Counted from the stretch's first letter, positions 51,462 to 61,486 are shown. The stretch: DNA of 64,000 nucleotides from an uncultured Verrucomicrobiae bacterium (GCA_963830235.1 CAWHLR010000016.1:28474-92473); one strand, 5' to 3'. The notes: generated by a model not told the origin, from the letters alone. Numbers and translations: made by a program.

Positions 51462-52880
51462 ATGCCAGTGCCAGTCATCAGCATTGCTCAAATGCGCGAA
51501 TGGGAACGCGCCAACTGGGCGGCCGGCAAGACGGAGATGGAAATCATCCGCCGGGTCGGCGCCGTGCTGGCCCGACGCGCGTTGGAACTCACAAGTCCCG
51601 ACGACGCGATTTTGATTCTGGCCGGCAAAGGCCATAATGGTGATGACGCCCGCGCTGCGCAGGATTTGTTGAACGACCGCCGCGTCAAAGTGCTCGATAT
51701 CGTAGCGCCCGAAAGCAATTTGCCGGAACTCGAGCCGGCGCTGGCTCAAAAACCGGCGTTGATCATTGATGGCTTGTTCGGCATCGGGCTAAACCGGCCG
51801 CTGACCGATGATTGGAAAAAATTCATCGAGACGGTCAACCGGTCGGGGATTCCCATTTTGGCGGTGGATGTGCCGTCCGGTTTGAACGCCGACACCGGCG
51901 AGCCTGTCACGCCGGGCGCGGCAATTGAAGCGGCGGTCACCCTGACCATCGGCGCGCCCAAAACCGGCTTGCTCGCGCCCAGCGCGTGGGCGTTCGTCGG
52001 ACGGCTCGAAGTCGCGGACGACGTGGGCCTGACTCCGTGTTCGCACGCAGGCGAGTTGAACTGGACATTGCCGGAAGATTTCAGGAATTTTCCGCCCCGC
52101 CGGGCCGTGGCCGGCCACAAGGGCATGTTCGGGCATTTGGGAATCGTCGCGGGCAGCCTGGGCTTTCACGGCGCGGCGGTTTTGGCCGCGCGCGCAGCCC
52201 AACGCGCGCAGCCCGGCCTGATCACGCTTTTCACCCAGGAATCCGTTTATCATGTCGTGGCGGCGCAATTGCAGGCGGTGATGGTGAATTTGTGGGCGCC
52301 CGACTTGAAATTGCCCGACACGGTGAGCGCGGTCCTGATCGGCCCCGGCCTGGCGGCGCCCGGCCTGGCCGACGCCATGTCTCTAGCCACGCGGCGGATC
52401 TGGCGCGACTCGCTCTTGCCGGTGGTTGTGGATGCCAGCTCGCTTGACTGGCTGCCGATGGGGCCGTCAGCCAAAAACGCCATTCGCGTCCTTACGCCGC
52501 ATCCCGGCGAAGCGGCGCGGTTGCTGAACCTGCCCAAGCAGCAGATCCAAACGAACCGTCCGCAGGCGGTGCGCGAAATTTCGCGGCGGTTTGGCAATTG
52601 CTGGGTGGTGTTGAAAGGACACCAGACGCTGGTGGGCCGGAGCGAGGGGGAAATTTTTGTGAATCCGTCCGGCAATCCGCATCTGGCGCAGGGCGGCAGC
52701 GGCGATGCGCTGGCGGGTTACCTTGCGGGATTGCTGGCGCAACGGCCATTGCAGGCCGACGTCGGCAAATTAATCCGTTATGCCGTCTGGCAGCATGGCG
52801 CGGCGGCGGACAAATTGCAGGCCGCGCGGGCAAACTGGGTCATCGAGGACTTGATTGGCGAATTGGGGAACGCGCGCTGA
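51462..52880 (+). CDS. nnr: Bifunctional NAD(P)HX epimerase/dehydratase
   Basis: GKGHNGDD, DGLFGIG, AVDVPSG, HKGMFG, TPHPGEAARL, GGSGD. Confidence 0.92.
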   Translation: MPVPVISIAQMREWERANWAAGKTEMEIIRRVGAVLARRALELTSPDDAILILAGKGHNGDDARAAQDLLNDRRVKVLDIVAPESNLPELEPALAQKPALIIDGLFGIGLNRPLTDDWKKFIETVNRSGIPILAVDVPSGLNADTGEPVTPGAAIEAAVTLTIGAPKTGLLAPSAWAFVGRLEVADDVGLTPCSHAGELNWTLPEDFRNFPPRRAVAGHKGMFGHLGIVAGSLGFHGAAVLAARAAQRAQPGLITLFTQESVYHVVAAQLQAVMVNLWAPDLKLPDTVSAVLIGPGLAAPGLADAMSLATRRIWRDSLLPVVVDASSLDWLPMGPSAKNAIRVLTPHPGEAARLLNLPKQQIQTNRPQAVREISRRFGNCWVVLKGHQTLVGRSEGEIFVNPSGNPHLAQGGSGDALAGYLAGLLAQRPLQADVGKLIRYAVWQHGAAADKLQAARANWVIEDLIGELGNAR

Positions 52881-53054
52881 ATTTGGAGGAGGCGAATTCA
52901 AACGCCGTGGTTGACGGTGCTAATTCCAAGGCCGTGCTATCTCCGCCTATGGCTGCTTCGGCGCGTGATAGCGTTCCGCTGTTCGGCGGCCATCGCGCGG
53001 CAGTTTTATTGCTTGCAACCGGGAGAGCGGAGAAGAACTTTGCGGCAAGCTGTT

Positions 53055-53432
53055 TTAATTCACCTGTACTACGGCGGGATGTTTGATTCCCCGGTCCAGT
53101 GTGGCAAGTTTCAGTCCATTTCTCCCGGCCAGCGCGGCAAGATAACTATCGGTGACTTCATCGGAATTTTTTGGGCTGGATTCGAGGGCGGGCAAATCGT
53201 CGGGAATTCGTTGCGCCTTACGTTCAGTTAGAAACCTCTCAAAGATTTCGCGCGTTTTATCCATGGGATGACCCCAAATTTTCGGGTGCGTGCTGATCCG
53301 AATGAATCCCAATTCCGCCAACGGGCAAACGACCACGTTTTTACCAGCCAGCCAGCCGAATGCGCGGGCATGGTGCGGATGATTTTGCCAGATCGCGGCG
53401 AGCAAAACATTGACATCAAGCAGGTAGTTCAT
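53055..53432 (-). CDS. PIN-domain (VapC-like) toxin
   Basis: YLLDVNVLLA, ELGFIRIS, VTDSYLAALA, LATLD. Confidence 0.9.
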   Translation of the reverse strand: MNYLLDVNVLLAAIWQNHPHHARAFGWLAGKNVVVCPLAELGFIRISTHPKIWGHPMDKTREIFERFLTERKAQRIPDDLPALESSPKNSDEVTDSYLAALAGRNGLKLATLDRGIKHPAVVQVN

Positions 53433-53659
53433 GGGAATTCGTTCAAGGCTTCTTGCAAGGCGGCCTCATTGATTTTTCGGTCTGATTTTCCAACTGAAAA
53501 ACCAGCTTCGCGGATAATGCTTACTTTTGCCGGGCGCAATGCAACGGGCACAAGCCGGGTTAGGACAAATTTTTCATCCCCGAAAGCCTGCACGTCAAAT
53601 CGCGCGCCCGGTTTCGTTGGCAGTGTCACACGTTTCTTGTCGTCGGCGGTTACGGTCAT
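53429..53659 (-). CDS. AbrB-like antitoxin
   Basis: MTVTADDKKRVTLP; ATGA overlap with the PIN gene. Confidence 0.75.
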   Translation of the reverse strand: MTVTADDKKRVTLPTKPGARFDVQAFGDEKFVLTRLVPVALRPAKVSIIREAGFSVGKSDRKINEAALQEALNEFP

Positions 53660-53776
53660 GGTGGGTATATCCCACTAACCCCCCCGTTTGTCAAGCGAGT
53701 TTTACCAGACATCTTTGGACGGGTTTTTGGCGGGGTGCATGTCCGCCAGCTTTGCCTTGATTCCAAAAACGGGGGT

Positions 53777-53833
53777 GGCAAACTGGGTCATCGAGGATTT
53801 GATCGGCGAACTGGGGAACGCACGCTGAATTTG
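53777..53833 (+). repeat. Duplicate of the nnr 3' end
   Basis: 53/57 identical to 52829-52885; all four differences are synonymous. Confidence 0.92.
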
Positions 53834-53869
53834 CTTTCGCGGCGGGCGGTGGTTTGTTAATAGTTTCCC

Positions 53870-54808
53870 GTGCGCAGAATTTTTTGGACAATTTTTGGTT
53901 GCTGGCTTTGCGGTCTCGTGGTTGCCGTCGGGGCGGATACCTATCAGCTGACCGATGGCACGGCGATGACCGGCAGCGTCATTTCGTACAACGACAACGG
54001 CATCGTTTTCCGCCTGAGCGAGGATCAATACTCCCAGCGCGTGCCGTGGACGAAATTTTCCCAGGACGCGCTCAAGCTGCTGGCGAACAATCCCAAACTC
54101 AAACCGTTCGCGGAACCGTTCATTGAAACCCCGCCACCCACCCGGCTGAAAAAGGAGGAGGTAAAAGTCAACGAAGTGTCGCGCCTGGAATTGCCGCCCA
54201 AACAATCTTTGTTCGGTGCCCTGTTTGCGTCGTCCGTCGGGCTGATTGTGCTGCTGTTGATTTACGTGGCGAACATTTACGCGGCCTATGAAATCGCCGC
54301 CTGCCGCGCGCAGCCGATTGCCTTGGTGATGGGCGTGGCGGTGGTGCTGCCGGTTTTGGGGCCGGTTATTTTTCTGGCGATGCCCCGGCGCGCTGAAGCT
54401 CCCCAGGCGGCCGCGGCGCATCCGGCGGCGGCGGCGCACACTTTTGCCGTGGGCGGCGCGGCGGCGCCGGTGGCGTCGGGAATTCACATCGTTGAGGCGT
54501 CCTGGCACGGGGCGGCGCCGGCGGCCGGTCAGGCCGAGGCGCAGGTTTTTCAGCGCGGACAATTCACGTTCAACCGCCGGTTTTTTGAGACGAAGTTCTC
54601 CGGTTACTTCGCCATCATCCGGCGCGAAGCTGAAAAAAACATGGTGCTCACCTTGAAAACGGGGCGCGAAAACATGGTCGTCGAGCGCATCACGCGCATC
54701 GCCACCAATGAAATGCACGTGGAGGTTGGGCACAGCGCGGTGAAAAAAGAAATCATGGTGCCATTCGCTGACATCGTCGAGATTCAACTCAAGCCCAAAG
54801 GCCCGTGA
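53870..54808 (+). CDS. Hypothetical membrane protein
   Basis: Signal peptide, two central transmembrane helices, host-like codon usage. Confidence 0.8.
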   Translation: MRRIFWTIFGCWLCGLVVAVGADTYQLTDGTAMTGSVISYNDNGIVFRLSEDQYSQRVPWTKFSQDALKLLANNPKLKPFAEPFIETPPPTRLKKEEVKVNEVSRLELPPKQSLFGALFASSVGLIVLLLIYVANIYAAYEIAACRAQPIALVMGVAVVLPVLGPVIFLAMPRRAEAPQAAAAHPAAAAHTFAVGGAAAPVASGIHIVEASWHGAAPAAGQAEAQVFQRGQFTFNRRFFETKFSGYFAIIRREAEKNMVLTLKTGRENMVVERITRIATNEMHVEVGHSAVKKEIMVPFADIVEIQLKPKGP

Positions 54809-54926
54809 AATCGGCGCGGACCAAACGCCGGCCGGTGTTCTCGCCGGCATTTTGCGCCGGGCCGTCCAATATTAATCGCCCGACTTTTTACTTTCGTCCG
54901 GGCGCATTTTCCCTTTGGCTGTCCGC

Positions 54927-55952
54927 ATGACGGCGTTGCGAATCATCTTTCTGGGCACGGCGGAATTGTCCTGCGCCAGCCTCCAGGCGCTGGCGGACGA
55001 TGCAAAATTCCAAATCGCCGCCGTCGTCACGCAGCCCGACCGGCCCCAAGGCCGGAATCTCAAACCGCAGCCTTCACCCGTCAAATCGCTGGCGTTGCGG
55101 CTCGGTCTGCCCGTGTTGCAACCCGAACGCGCCCGCGGCGAAAAATTCATCGCCGAACTCCGCGCCTGGCAGCCCGATCTCATCGTCACGGTGGCCTACG
55201 GCCAGATTTTGCCGGCGGCGATTCTGGATTTGCCGCGCCACGGCTGTTTGAACGTTCACACGTCGCTGCTGCCGAAATATCGCGGCGCGGCGCCGATTCA
55301 ATGGGCCATTGCCAATGGCGACACCGAGACCGGCGTTACCATCATGAAAATGGATGTGGGTCTGGATACCGGTCCCATCGTTTCGCAGAACCGCACGGCG
55401 ATTCTGCCGGGGGACGATTCCGCCACGTTGCATAACCGGCTCGCGCAACTTGGCGCGGAACTGCTCGCGCAAACCATTCCCGATTATGTTGCCGGGAAAA
55501 TCCAACCGGTTCCGCAGCCTGCCAGCGGTGCGAGCCACGCGGCAAAAATTAAAAAAGAAGACGGGCGCATTGATTGGAACCAGCCGGCGCAAACCATCTG
55601 GAACCGGCTGCGCGCCTTCACGCCGTGGCCCGGCGCGTTTACGTTTTTGCCGAAGACAATGGAGGGCACTGCTTCGTCAGTGCCTTCATGTGCGAAAAGT
55701 CAGGGAAGCGACAAAGCACTTCCCTCCAAGATGATTAAAATCTGGAAAGCGGAAGTGGTTGAAAGCTCCGGTCGCCCGGGGGAGATTTTGTCGGCGGATA
55801 AAACCGGTATTGTCGTCGGCTGCGGCGGGCGCGCGTTGCGGATTCACGAATTGCAACGCGAAGGCGGCCGGCGGCTGGCCGCGGCGGAATTTCTCGCGGG
55901 TCATCCGTTGAAGGTTGGTGAGAAGTTTGTCCCGCCGCCGGTTCAGATTTAA
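54927..55952 (+). CDS. fmt: Methionyl-tRNA formyltransferase
   Basis: VVTQPDRP.GR, VAYGQIL, NVHTSLLPKYRGAAPIQ, GLDTG, PWPG. Confidence 0.97.
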   Translation: MTALRIIFLGTAELSCASLQALADDAKFQIAAVVTQPDRPQGRNLKPQPSPVKSLALRLGLPVLQPERARGEKFIAELRAWQPDLIVTVAYGQILPAAILDLPRHGCLNVHTSLLPKYRGAAPIQWAIANGDTETGVTIMKMDVGLDTGPIVSQNRTAILPGDDSATLHNRLAQLGAELLAQTIPDYVAGKIQPVPQPASGASHAAKIKKEDGRIDWNQPAQTIWNRLRAFTPWPGAFTFLPKTMEGTASSVPSCAKSQGSDKALPSKMIKIWKAEVVESSGRPGEILSADKTGIVVGCGGRALRIHELQREGGRRLAAAEFLAGHPLKVGEKFVPPPVQI

Positions 55953-57184
55953 GCCGCGCCTGCTTTTGCGCGTTTTATCCCAACGCCCTGCCCGCGATAC
56001 GCCGCCAGAAAATAAACCAGCACCGCGGCCACGGCTGCGGCCAGGACGCCCCAGAACAATGACCAATGCGTGCCGGCCGGACGCGCGCACGCGGCGAACC
56101 ACCAGCCGGTGGTGAGATAGCCGATGAGGCTGCCCACGCCGTTGGTCATCAGCGTCATCAACGCCTGCGCCCGCGCCCGCCATTCGGAACCCACCCGTTC
56201 ATCTATGTATATTTGGGCGGTGATGAAATACAAGGTGAAGGACAGGCCGTGCATCGTGGTGCCGGCCAGCAGCCACGCCCGGCCATTGAGCGCGCATAAC
56301 GCGAAGCGCAGCACACCGAAGCCCAGCCCGGCGGCAAAGATCCATTTCAACCGCCAGCGCAGAAACAGTCCGGCCAGGGCGAACATGGCGACCAGCTCCG
56401 TCGTTTGCGCCAGCGTCATCCAGGCGGAGACGTGCTGGAAACCAAGTTGTTGCAGGTGAAGCGGCGTGAACGGGTAAAACGCCGCGAGCGGAATGTTGAA
56501 CAGCGCCACGGTGATGAAGACCACGCGATGGTCGTGATTTTTCAGCAGCACAAACGCGTCCCAGCCGAGTCGTTGCAGCAGCGTGGGGTGCCCGGTGGAT
56601 TTGGGCGGAGGCACGCTGGGCAGCAGGAAGGTAAACGCCGCCAGCAACAGCCACGTCGCCGCGCTGGTGAATTCCGCGCGCGTGGAAGCATCGGCATTCA
56701 GCGCGCTCACCAGCCAGCAGCCGGCCATCCAGCCCACGGTCGCCCCGGCCCGAACCGGCCCGTACTCGCGCTGGGAATTTTTCAGGCGCGAAAAAATGAT
56801 GGCGGTGATGATGCTTCCGGTGGGCGCGGCGCAGAGCGCATAAATCTGGACCACCACCAGCACCAGTCCCGGCGGCCAGCCTTGTTGGACGCTCCAGGCA
56901 AAGAGGGTCATGGCGGCGGCGCTGGCCACGGACAGCCCGCGCAATACTTTCACGGGTGAAGCGTGGCGGTCGGCCATGGCGCCGAAGATCAATGGCGAAA
57001 TGAAGGTGGCGAAGGCGGAGGCGGCAAAGGCGTAGGGTGCGAGGCCGCGCAGGCCGTGCGCGGCGAACACCATGCTCAACGGCACCATCCAGATGGCAAC
57101 GGCCATGGACTGGATGAAGAACAACGCCGCCAGTTCGGCATATTCGGCTTTGCGAAACGCTGTAAACACGCGCAGAGGGGACAC
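55949..57184 (-). CDS. MFS transporter (nucleoside:H+ symporter-like)
   Basis: GAMADR, YGPVRAGATVGW, AQTTE, RARAQAL; multiple transmembrane segments. Confidence 0.85.
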   Translation of the reverse strand: MSPLRVFTAFRKAEYAELAALFFIQSMAVAIWMVPLSMVFAAHGLRGLAPYAFAASAFATFISPLIFGAMADRHASPVKVLRGLSVASAAAMTLFAWSVQQGWPPGLVLVVVQIYALCAAPTGSIITAIIFSRLKNSQREYGPVRAGATVGWMAGCWLVSALNADASTRAEFTSAATWLLLAAFTFLLPSVPPPKSTGHPTLLQRLGWDAFVLLKNHDHRVVFITVALFNIPLAAFYPFTPLHLQQLGFQHVSAWMTLAQTTELVAMFALAGLFLRWRLKWIFAAGLGFGVLRFALCALNGRAWLLAGTTMHGLSFTLYFITAQIYIDERVGSEWRARAQALMTLMTNGVGSLIGYLTTGWWFAACARPAGTHWSLFWGVLAAAVAAVLVYFLAAYRGQGVGIKRAKAGAA

Positions 57185-57210
57185 GCTGGCGGTGAAAATT
57201 TCAAGCGGCT

Positions 57211-58191
57211 TTATTTGGCCGCAACCGGCCAGCCGTCCGGCCAGTCAATATTTCCAATCGCGAGGCGCGATTTGCCCTGCGTGTCAGCGTCGTAGTAATG
57301 ATAGCTGAATCGCGTCGGGCCGTTGGTGTCTCCGTCATCCACGATGCCGATGTGGCCGGGGCCGATGAATCGTCCGCTGCTTTGCAGAAAAGGCGTGCCG
57401 CCGCCCTCCGTAAGTTTTTTTCCATCGCGGTCGAGATACGGGCCGGTGATTTTTCCCGCGCGGCCAACCCGCACTTCGTAGGTGCTGTTCGTTCCCTGAC
57501 AGCATTTCTCCCAGTTCACAAAGAGATAATAAAACTTCTCATGCCGCGTCAGGCACGCGGCTTCGATGGAATCGTTCCAAGCAAGATGGAACAACGGCGA
57601 GTTCGTGCTGATGCGTTTGCCGGTATGCGGGTCGAGTTCCGTAAGAAAAATTCCCCGCCAATACGACCCGAACGCCAGCCACAGCCGGCCATCCGCATCC
57701 AGCATCGCACTCGGATCAATCGCGTTGAACGGACTGCCGTTGGTGGATGTGATGACCGGACCGCCGTCCGTCCAAAAATAATTCGTCGCCGCCGGATTGA
57801 GCGTGGGACTGGTCGCGAGGCCGATGGCGGAGACGGGTTTCTGCCAGGTGGACGCGGCGTAATACAGAAAATACTTTCCATTCACGCGCACGACATCCGG
57901 CGCCCAGGCGTAACCCTTGAACGCAGGCACCAACGCCGTCGTCCACGCCGGCGGCGCGCGGAAAACGGACCCGCCGTTGGTCCAATGGATCAAATCCGGC
58001 GACGATTTGGCGGGTATGCCCGGCCCGGTGCCGAAGATGTAAAAGTGACCGCCATCTTTGACAATCGTGGACGGGTCGTGGATGAACGTCTGTCCTTCCA
58101 GCGGCAACGGCTCGAATTTTGTCCCGGCGCAGCAGGCGGCAAGCGCGGCGAACAAAATGAAAGTGCAGAGCGATTGGGCTGGTTTGGTCAT
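57211..58191 (-). CDS. GH43 endo-arabinanase-like glycosidase
   Basis: IHDPS, WAPD, NAIDP, FGSYW.GI, IEA, GPGH. Confidence 0.9.
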   Translation of the reverse strand: MTKPAQSLCTFILFAALAACCAGTKFEPLPLEGQTFIHDPSTIVKDGGHFYIFGTGPGIPAKSSPDLIHWTNGGSVFRAPPAWTTALVPAFKGYAWAPDVVRVNGKYFLYYAASTWQKPVSAIGLATSPTLNPAATNYFWTDGGPVITSTNGSPFNAIDPSAMLDADGRLWLAFGSYWRGIFLTELDPHTGKRISTNSPLFHLAWNDSIEAACLTRHEKFYYLFVNWEKCCQGTNSTYEVRVGRAGKITGPYLDRDGKKLTEGGGTPFLQSSGRFIGPGHIGIVDDGDTNGPTRFSYHYYDADTQGKSRLAIGNIDWPDGWPVAAK

Positions 58192-58357
58192 TAATTCAAA
58201 ACGAATCCGTGTCAGACATTCTGCTCCGCCGGAAACAACCCGCCGAAGTCTCATTGCAATTCGGTTGTTTGCTCATCGAATTCAAAATCAATCAAACCGC
58301 GTCCGTCGCGCCGAAGTTTCAAGTTGAATCCGGCTCGCATCAAGGTAAATTTAGGTT

Positions 58358-58588
58358 ATGCCAATCACGCTTGATGAGATTGTCGAAGAAACCCGGCACT
58401 GGCCGCAGGAGCGGGTTGGGGAATTGGTTGGCCGCCTGACCGAAGACCTGCATGCGAGCGACCCGGAAATTGAGGCCGCTTGGAAAACCGAGATTGGCCG
58501 GCGCATTGAAGAAATCCAAAGCGGCAATGCCAAAGGTATTCCCCTTGAAAAATCGCTGGCGCGCGTGCGCAAAATTCTCAAGCGATAA
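58358..58588 (+). CDS. Addiction-module antitoxin (TIGR02574-like), orphan
   Basis: EIEAAWKTEIGRRIEEIQSGNAKGIP; no toxin gene follows. Confidence 0.8.
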   Translation: MPITLDEIVEETRHWPQERVGELVGRLTEDLHASDPEIEAAWKTEIGRRIEEIQSGNAKGIPLEKSLARVRKILKR

Positions 58589-58636
58589 AGCTGCACATCT
58601 CAAATTGAAATCCGATAAATTCGCCGGTGGCGAATA

Positions 58637-59626
58637 TTAATGACTTCGCATTTTTGCAGAAAGTTTGGTTCGATAAGTCACTTTCTTCTCCGCAAGAACC
58701 ATTGCCAACTGTTGATTGTCCTCGCGCTCGATTGAACCATACTCACCGTTCATTTGAAGTTCCTGACCGGCGAAATCAGGATACAATGCCGCGAGTCGCG
58801 GAATTGAACATTCGGCCAGCTTGAAATACTCATCGTCTATCTCAACCCCAACGGAATTGTAACCGACGGCTTCGGCGGCGGCGATGGTTGAGCCTGAACC
58901 CATGAACGGATCGAGCAGCGTGCCTTCACCAAGTGGAAGCAGCGCGCGAACCAGAACTCGCATAAAATGTTGTGGCTTGAGGCACGGGTGATTGGAAATG
59001 GCTTCTTCGCGATCGGGCGTGCGTCCGCTCGGAATCGAATCAGGCAATGGCTTGTCAACCGAAAGCCGGCGAAGTCCGCCGGTTTTCCATTTGCGAAGAT
59101 TTCCGGCCACGGTTGTTTCATCGATGGGTTTTCGGAAAAGCATCCAGGGTTCGTAAGCGCCTTTTGGCGTCACGCAAACTTCTGGAAATTCCCGCTCCGC
59201 ATTCTTCGGTCGGTCACCACCGCGAAAGCTGAAGTAAAGCCGCATGATGGCCGTTCGCACTTCGTAACCCGCTTCAGTCATCGCGTTCTGGACAAGGTGT
59301 TGCAAGATCGGATGACCGGCCACACAGACGTGAGCGCCCGGCACGAGCGCGGGCCAGAGCACCTTGCCCCAATCGTGAAAATAGCGGCGGAGTCCAAGTT
59401 TTTGCGCGTCGGTTAGAACGGTAAAACGAGGCAGGGGGTCGCGTTGGCTGCCGCCGATTGTCGGGGGAAGACGCCACACACCTCCCCGGCCGGCGCGAAG
59501 TTTGGATATTTCCTTTTCCGTGAACTCCAAAACACCGTAGGGCGGGTCGGTGCAGACGGCATGAATTGAATGCGGCTTGCGCTCGCGCAGCCAATCGAAG
59601 CAATCCGCATGGTGAATCTGGTACAT
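58637..59626 (-). CDS. Beta-class amino (N6A/N4C) DNA methyltransferase
   Basis: DPPY near the N-terminus, HPCLKP, LDPFMGSGST near the C-terminus. Confidence 0.93.
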   Translation of the reverse strand: MYQIHHADCFDWLRERKPHSIHAVCTDPPYGVLEFTEKEISKLRAGRGGVWRLPPTIGGSQRDPLPRFTVLTDAQKLGLRRYFHDWGKVLWPALVPGAHVCVAGHPILQHLVQNAMTEAGYEVRTAIMRLYFSFRGGDRPKNAEREFPEVCVTPKGAYEPWMLFRKPIDETTVAGNLRKWKTGGLRRLSVDKPLPDSIPSGRTPDREEAISNHPCLKPQHFMRVLVRALLPLGEGTLLDPFMGSGSTIAAAEAVGYNSVGVEIDDEYFKLAECSIPRLAALYPDFAGQELQMNGEYGSIEREDNQQLAMVLAEKKVTYRTKLSAKMRSH

Positions 59627-59645
59627 TTTTTATCCGCAAACAGGT

Positions 59646-59700
59646 TCAACTATAGGCGAAAGACAATCAAGCACAAAATGTGTATCAACTATGGGCGAAA
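59646..59700. promoter_or_regulatory. Candidate operator: 16-bp direct repeat
   Basis: TCAACTATAGGCGAAA (59646-59661) and TCAACTATGGGCGAAA (59685-59700) in the short divergent intergenic region. Confidence 0.5.
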
Positions 59701-60596
59701 TGGATACTAAAGCGACCATCGGGCGGTATATTCGCAAACTTCGCGAACAAAAGCAACTTACTCAAGAGCAGTTGGCCACCAAAACGGGCATCACTTACCA
59801 GCATCTTTCTGGCATGGAAAACGGTCGCGAGAATTTCACGATTGATATTATTGAATCTCTGGCGCATGCACTCGCCTGCCCGTTTCCGCAGTTTATTGCG
59901 GGTGCGTTTACCCCTGAGCCAACGGTATCGGGAATTACGGTCAACCGCGATTATTTTCGTCCACAAGTTCCGCTGCCCCCAGGGATGAGAATTTCCCATC
60001 TGGAAGCAGCTATGAACGCCACGCAAAGCATCGTGGCACGCATCAATGCCAACTTGCTCGCCAGCGGAGCGAAACCGCTGCCGGAATACATCCAAGGCAA
60101 CAACTTCAGCGGACTCGTTTCGAACGTCTTCTGCGACGCGCTGAATGATCACTCGCCCTACAAACACAACTCCGACCAAGCCTATCCTGACCTTATCAAT
60201 CCGTTGGTAAAGAAAGGAGGCAAGCCGTCAGGTTTGGAAGTGAAATCCACCATTCAAATCGGCAAGGGCGGTGAAAGCCACAACGGCCACTCTGGTTGGC
60301 ATCTCATTGCGTGTTTCCAAATCGAACCACAAACTGGAAACGTTCGTTTCATTCATCTTATGTTCGCCGTGCTGAACGGACACAATCAGCCCGAAGCGGA
60401 TTGGACTTACGTTGGCAGCAAGGTCAATGCAACCACAGGCAGCCGCCGTACTGAAACTTACAACACAACATTGGTTGGCACGACGAAGCTTCGTGACGGT
60501 TCTGTTTTCCTTGACCCGACGGCTGTGAATTTCAATCGCTGGCGGCAGGGGCGTAAAAGGGCAGTTCCTGATTATTCAATTTTTGCAAATTCTTAG
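59691..60596 (+). CDS. XRE-HTH fused to a putative PD-(D/E)xK restriction endonuclease
   Basis: IRKLREQKQLTQEQLA...LSGMENG (HTH); YPDL...GLEVKS; divergent from the methyltransferase. Confidence 0.75.
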   Translation: MGEMDTKATIGRYIRKLREQKQLTQEQLATKTGITYQHLSGMENGRENFTIDIIESLAHALACPFPQFIAGAFTPEPTVSGITVNRDYFRPQVPLPPGMRISHLEAAMNATQSIVARINANLLASGAKPLPEYIQGNNFSGLVSNVFCDALNDHSPYKHNSDQAYPDLINPLVKKGGKPSGLEVKSTIQIGKGGESHNGHSGWHLIACFQIEPQTGNVRFIHLMFAVLNGHNQPEADWTYVGSKVNATTGSRRTETYNTTLVGTTKLRDGSVFLDPTAVNFNRWRQGRKRAVPDYSIFANS

Positions 60597-61393
60597 ACAG
60601 CTTCCGACACGCGCTGGATTTTCAACGCCTTGCCGCTGGCGTCGTCAATTTCAATCATGCATCCGTGTAGCAGCACGCGGTCTTTCGCCACTTCAAACCG
60701 CTGCGGCATGCCGGTGAGGAAACGTTTGAGGACCGGCTCGATTTCGCGGCCCAGCACGCTTTCGTGCGGGCCGGTGAATCCGGCGTCGGTCAAATACGCC
60801 GTGCCGCCGGGGAAAATCTGTTCATCCGCCGTCTGCACGTGCGTGTGCGTGCCCACGACCGCGCTCACCTGGCCGTCGAGCATCCGCGCGAACGCGATTT
60901 TTTCCGAGGTCGCCTCAGCATGAAAATCCACGAAGATGATTTTCGTCTGCTGGCGCAGGCGTTTCACTTCCTCGGCGGCGAGAAGAAACGGATTTTCCAG
61001 CGGCGGCATGAACGTGCGGCCCTGTGCGTTCAAAACGGCAATCAAAATGGGGGCTGGGCTCTGGGATTTGGGGTTTGGGATTTGAAATACGCCACTGCCC
61101 CGGCCGGGTGTGCCGGGCGGATAATTCAGCGGGCGCAAAAAGCGTTTTTCACTGGCGAGCAGTTCCATGACTTCCTTTTGATCCCACAAATGGTCGCCGG
61201 TGGTGATGACGTCCACGCCGGTGGAGAAGATTTCCTCGGCGGTCTTGGGGGTGATGCCGGAGCCGCCGGCGGAGTTTTCGCCGTTGGCGATGACGAAGTC
61301 GAGCTGGTGTTCCTCCCGCAGCTTGGGCAGGAGGGTTTTGACCGCGTTGCGTCCCGGTTGTCCCACGATGTCGCCGATGAAGAGGATTTTCAC
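60593..61393 (-). CDS. YmdB-like metallophosphoesterase (TIGR00282)
   Basis: GDIVG.PGR, NGEN, DFHAEATSEK, GTHTHVQTAD. Confidence 0.93.
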   Translation of the reverse strand: MKILFIGDIVGQPGRNAVKTLLPKLREEHQLDFVIANGENSAGGSGITPKTAEEIFSTGVDVITTGDHLWDQKEVMELLASEKRFLRPLNYPPGTPGRGSGVFQIPNPKSQSPAPILIAVLNAQGRTFMPPLENPFLLAAEEVKRLRQQTKIIFVDFHAEATSEKIAFARMLDGQVSAVVGTHTHVQTADEQIFPGGTAYLTDAGFTGPHESVLGREIEPVLKRFLTGMPQRFEVAKDRVLLHGCMIEIDDASGKALKIQRVSEAV

Positions 61394-61486
61394 GGCGGAA
61401 ATTTAACCGCGAAACACACGGAATACACGAAAGAAAGTGACTCCGAATGGACACAAAGAAACCCGAATAACGCCTTCTATGAACCT

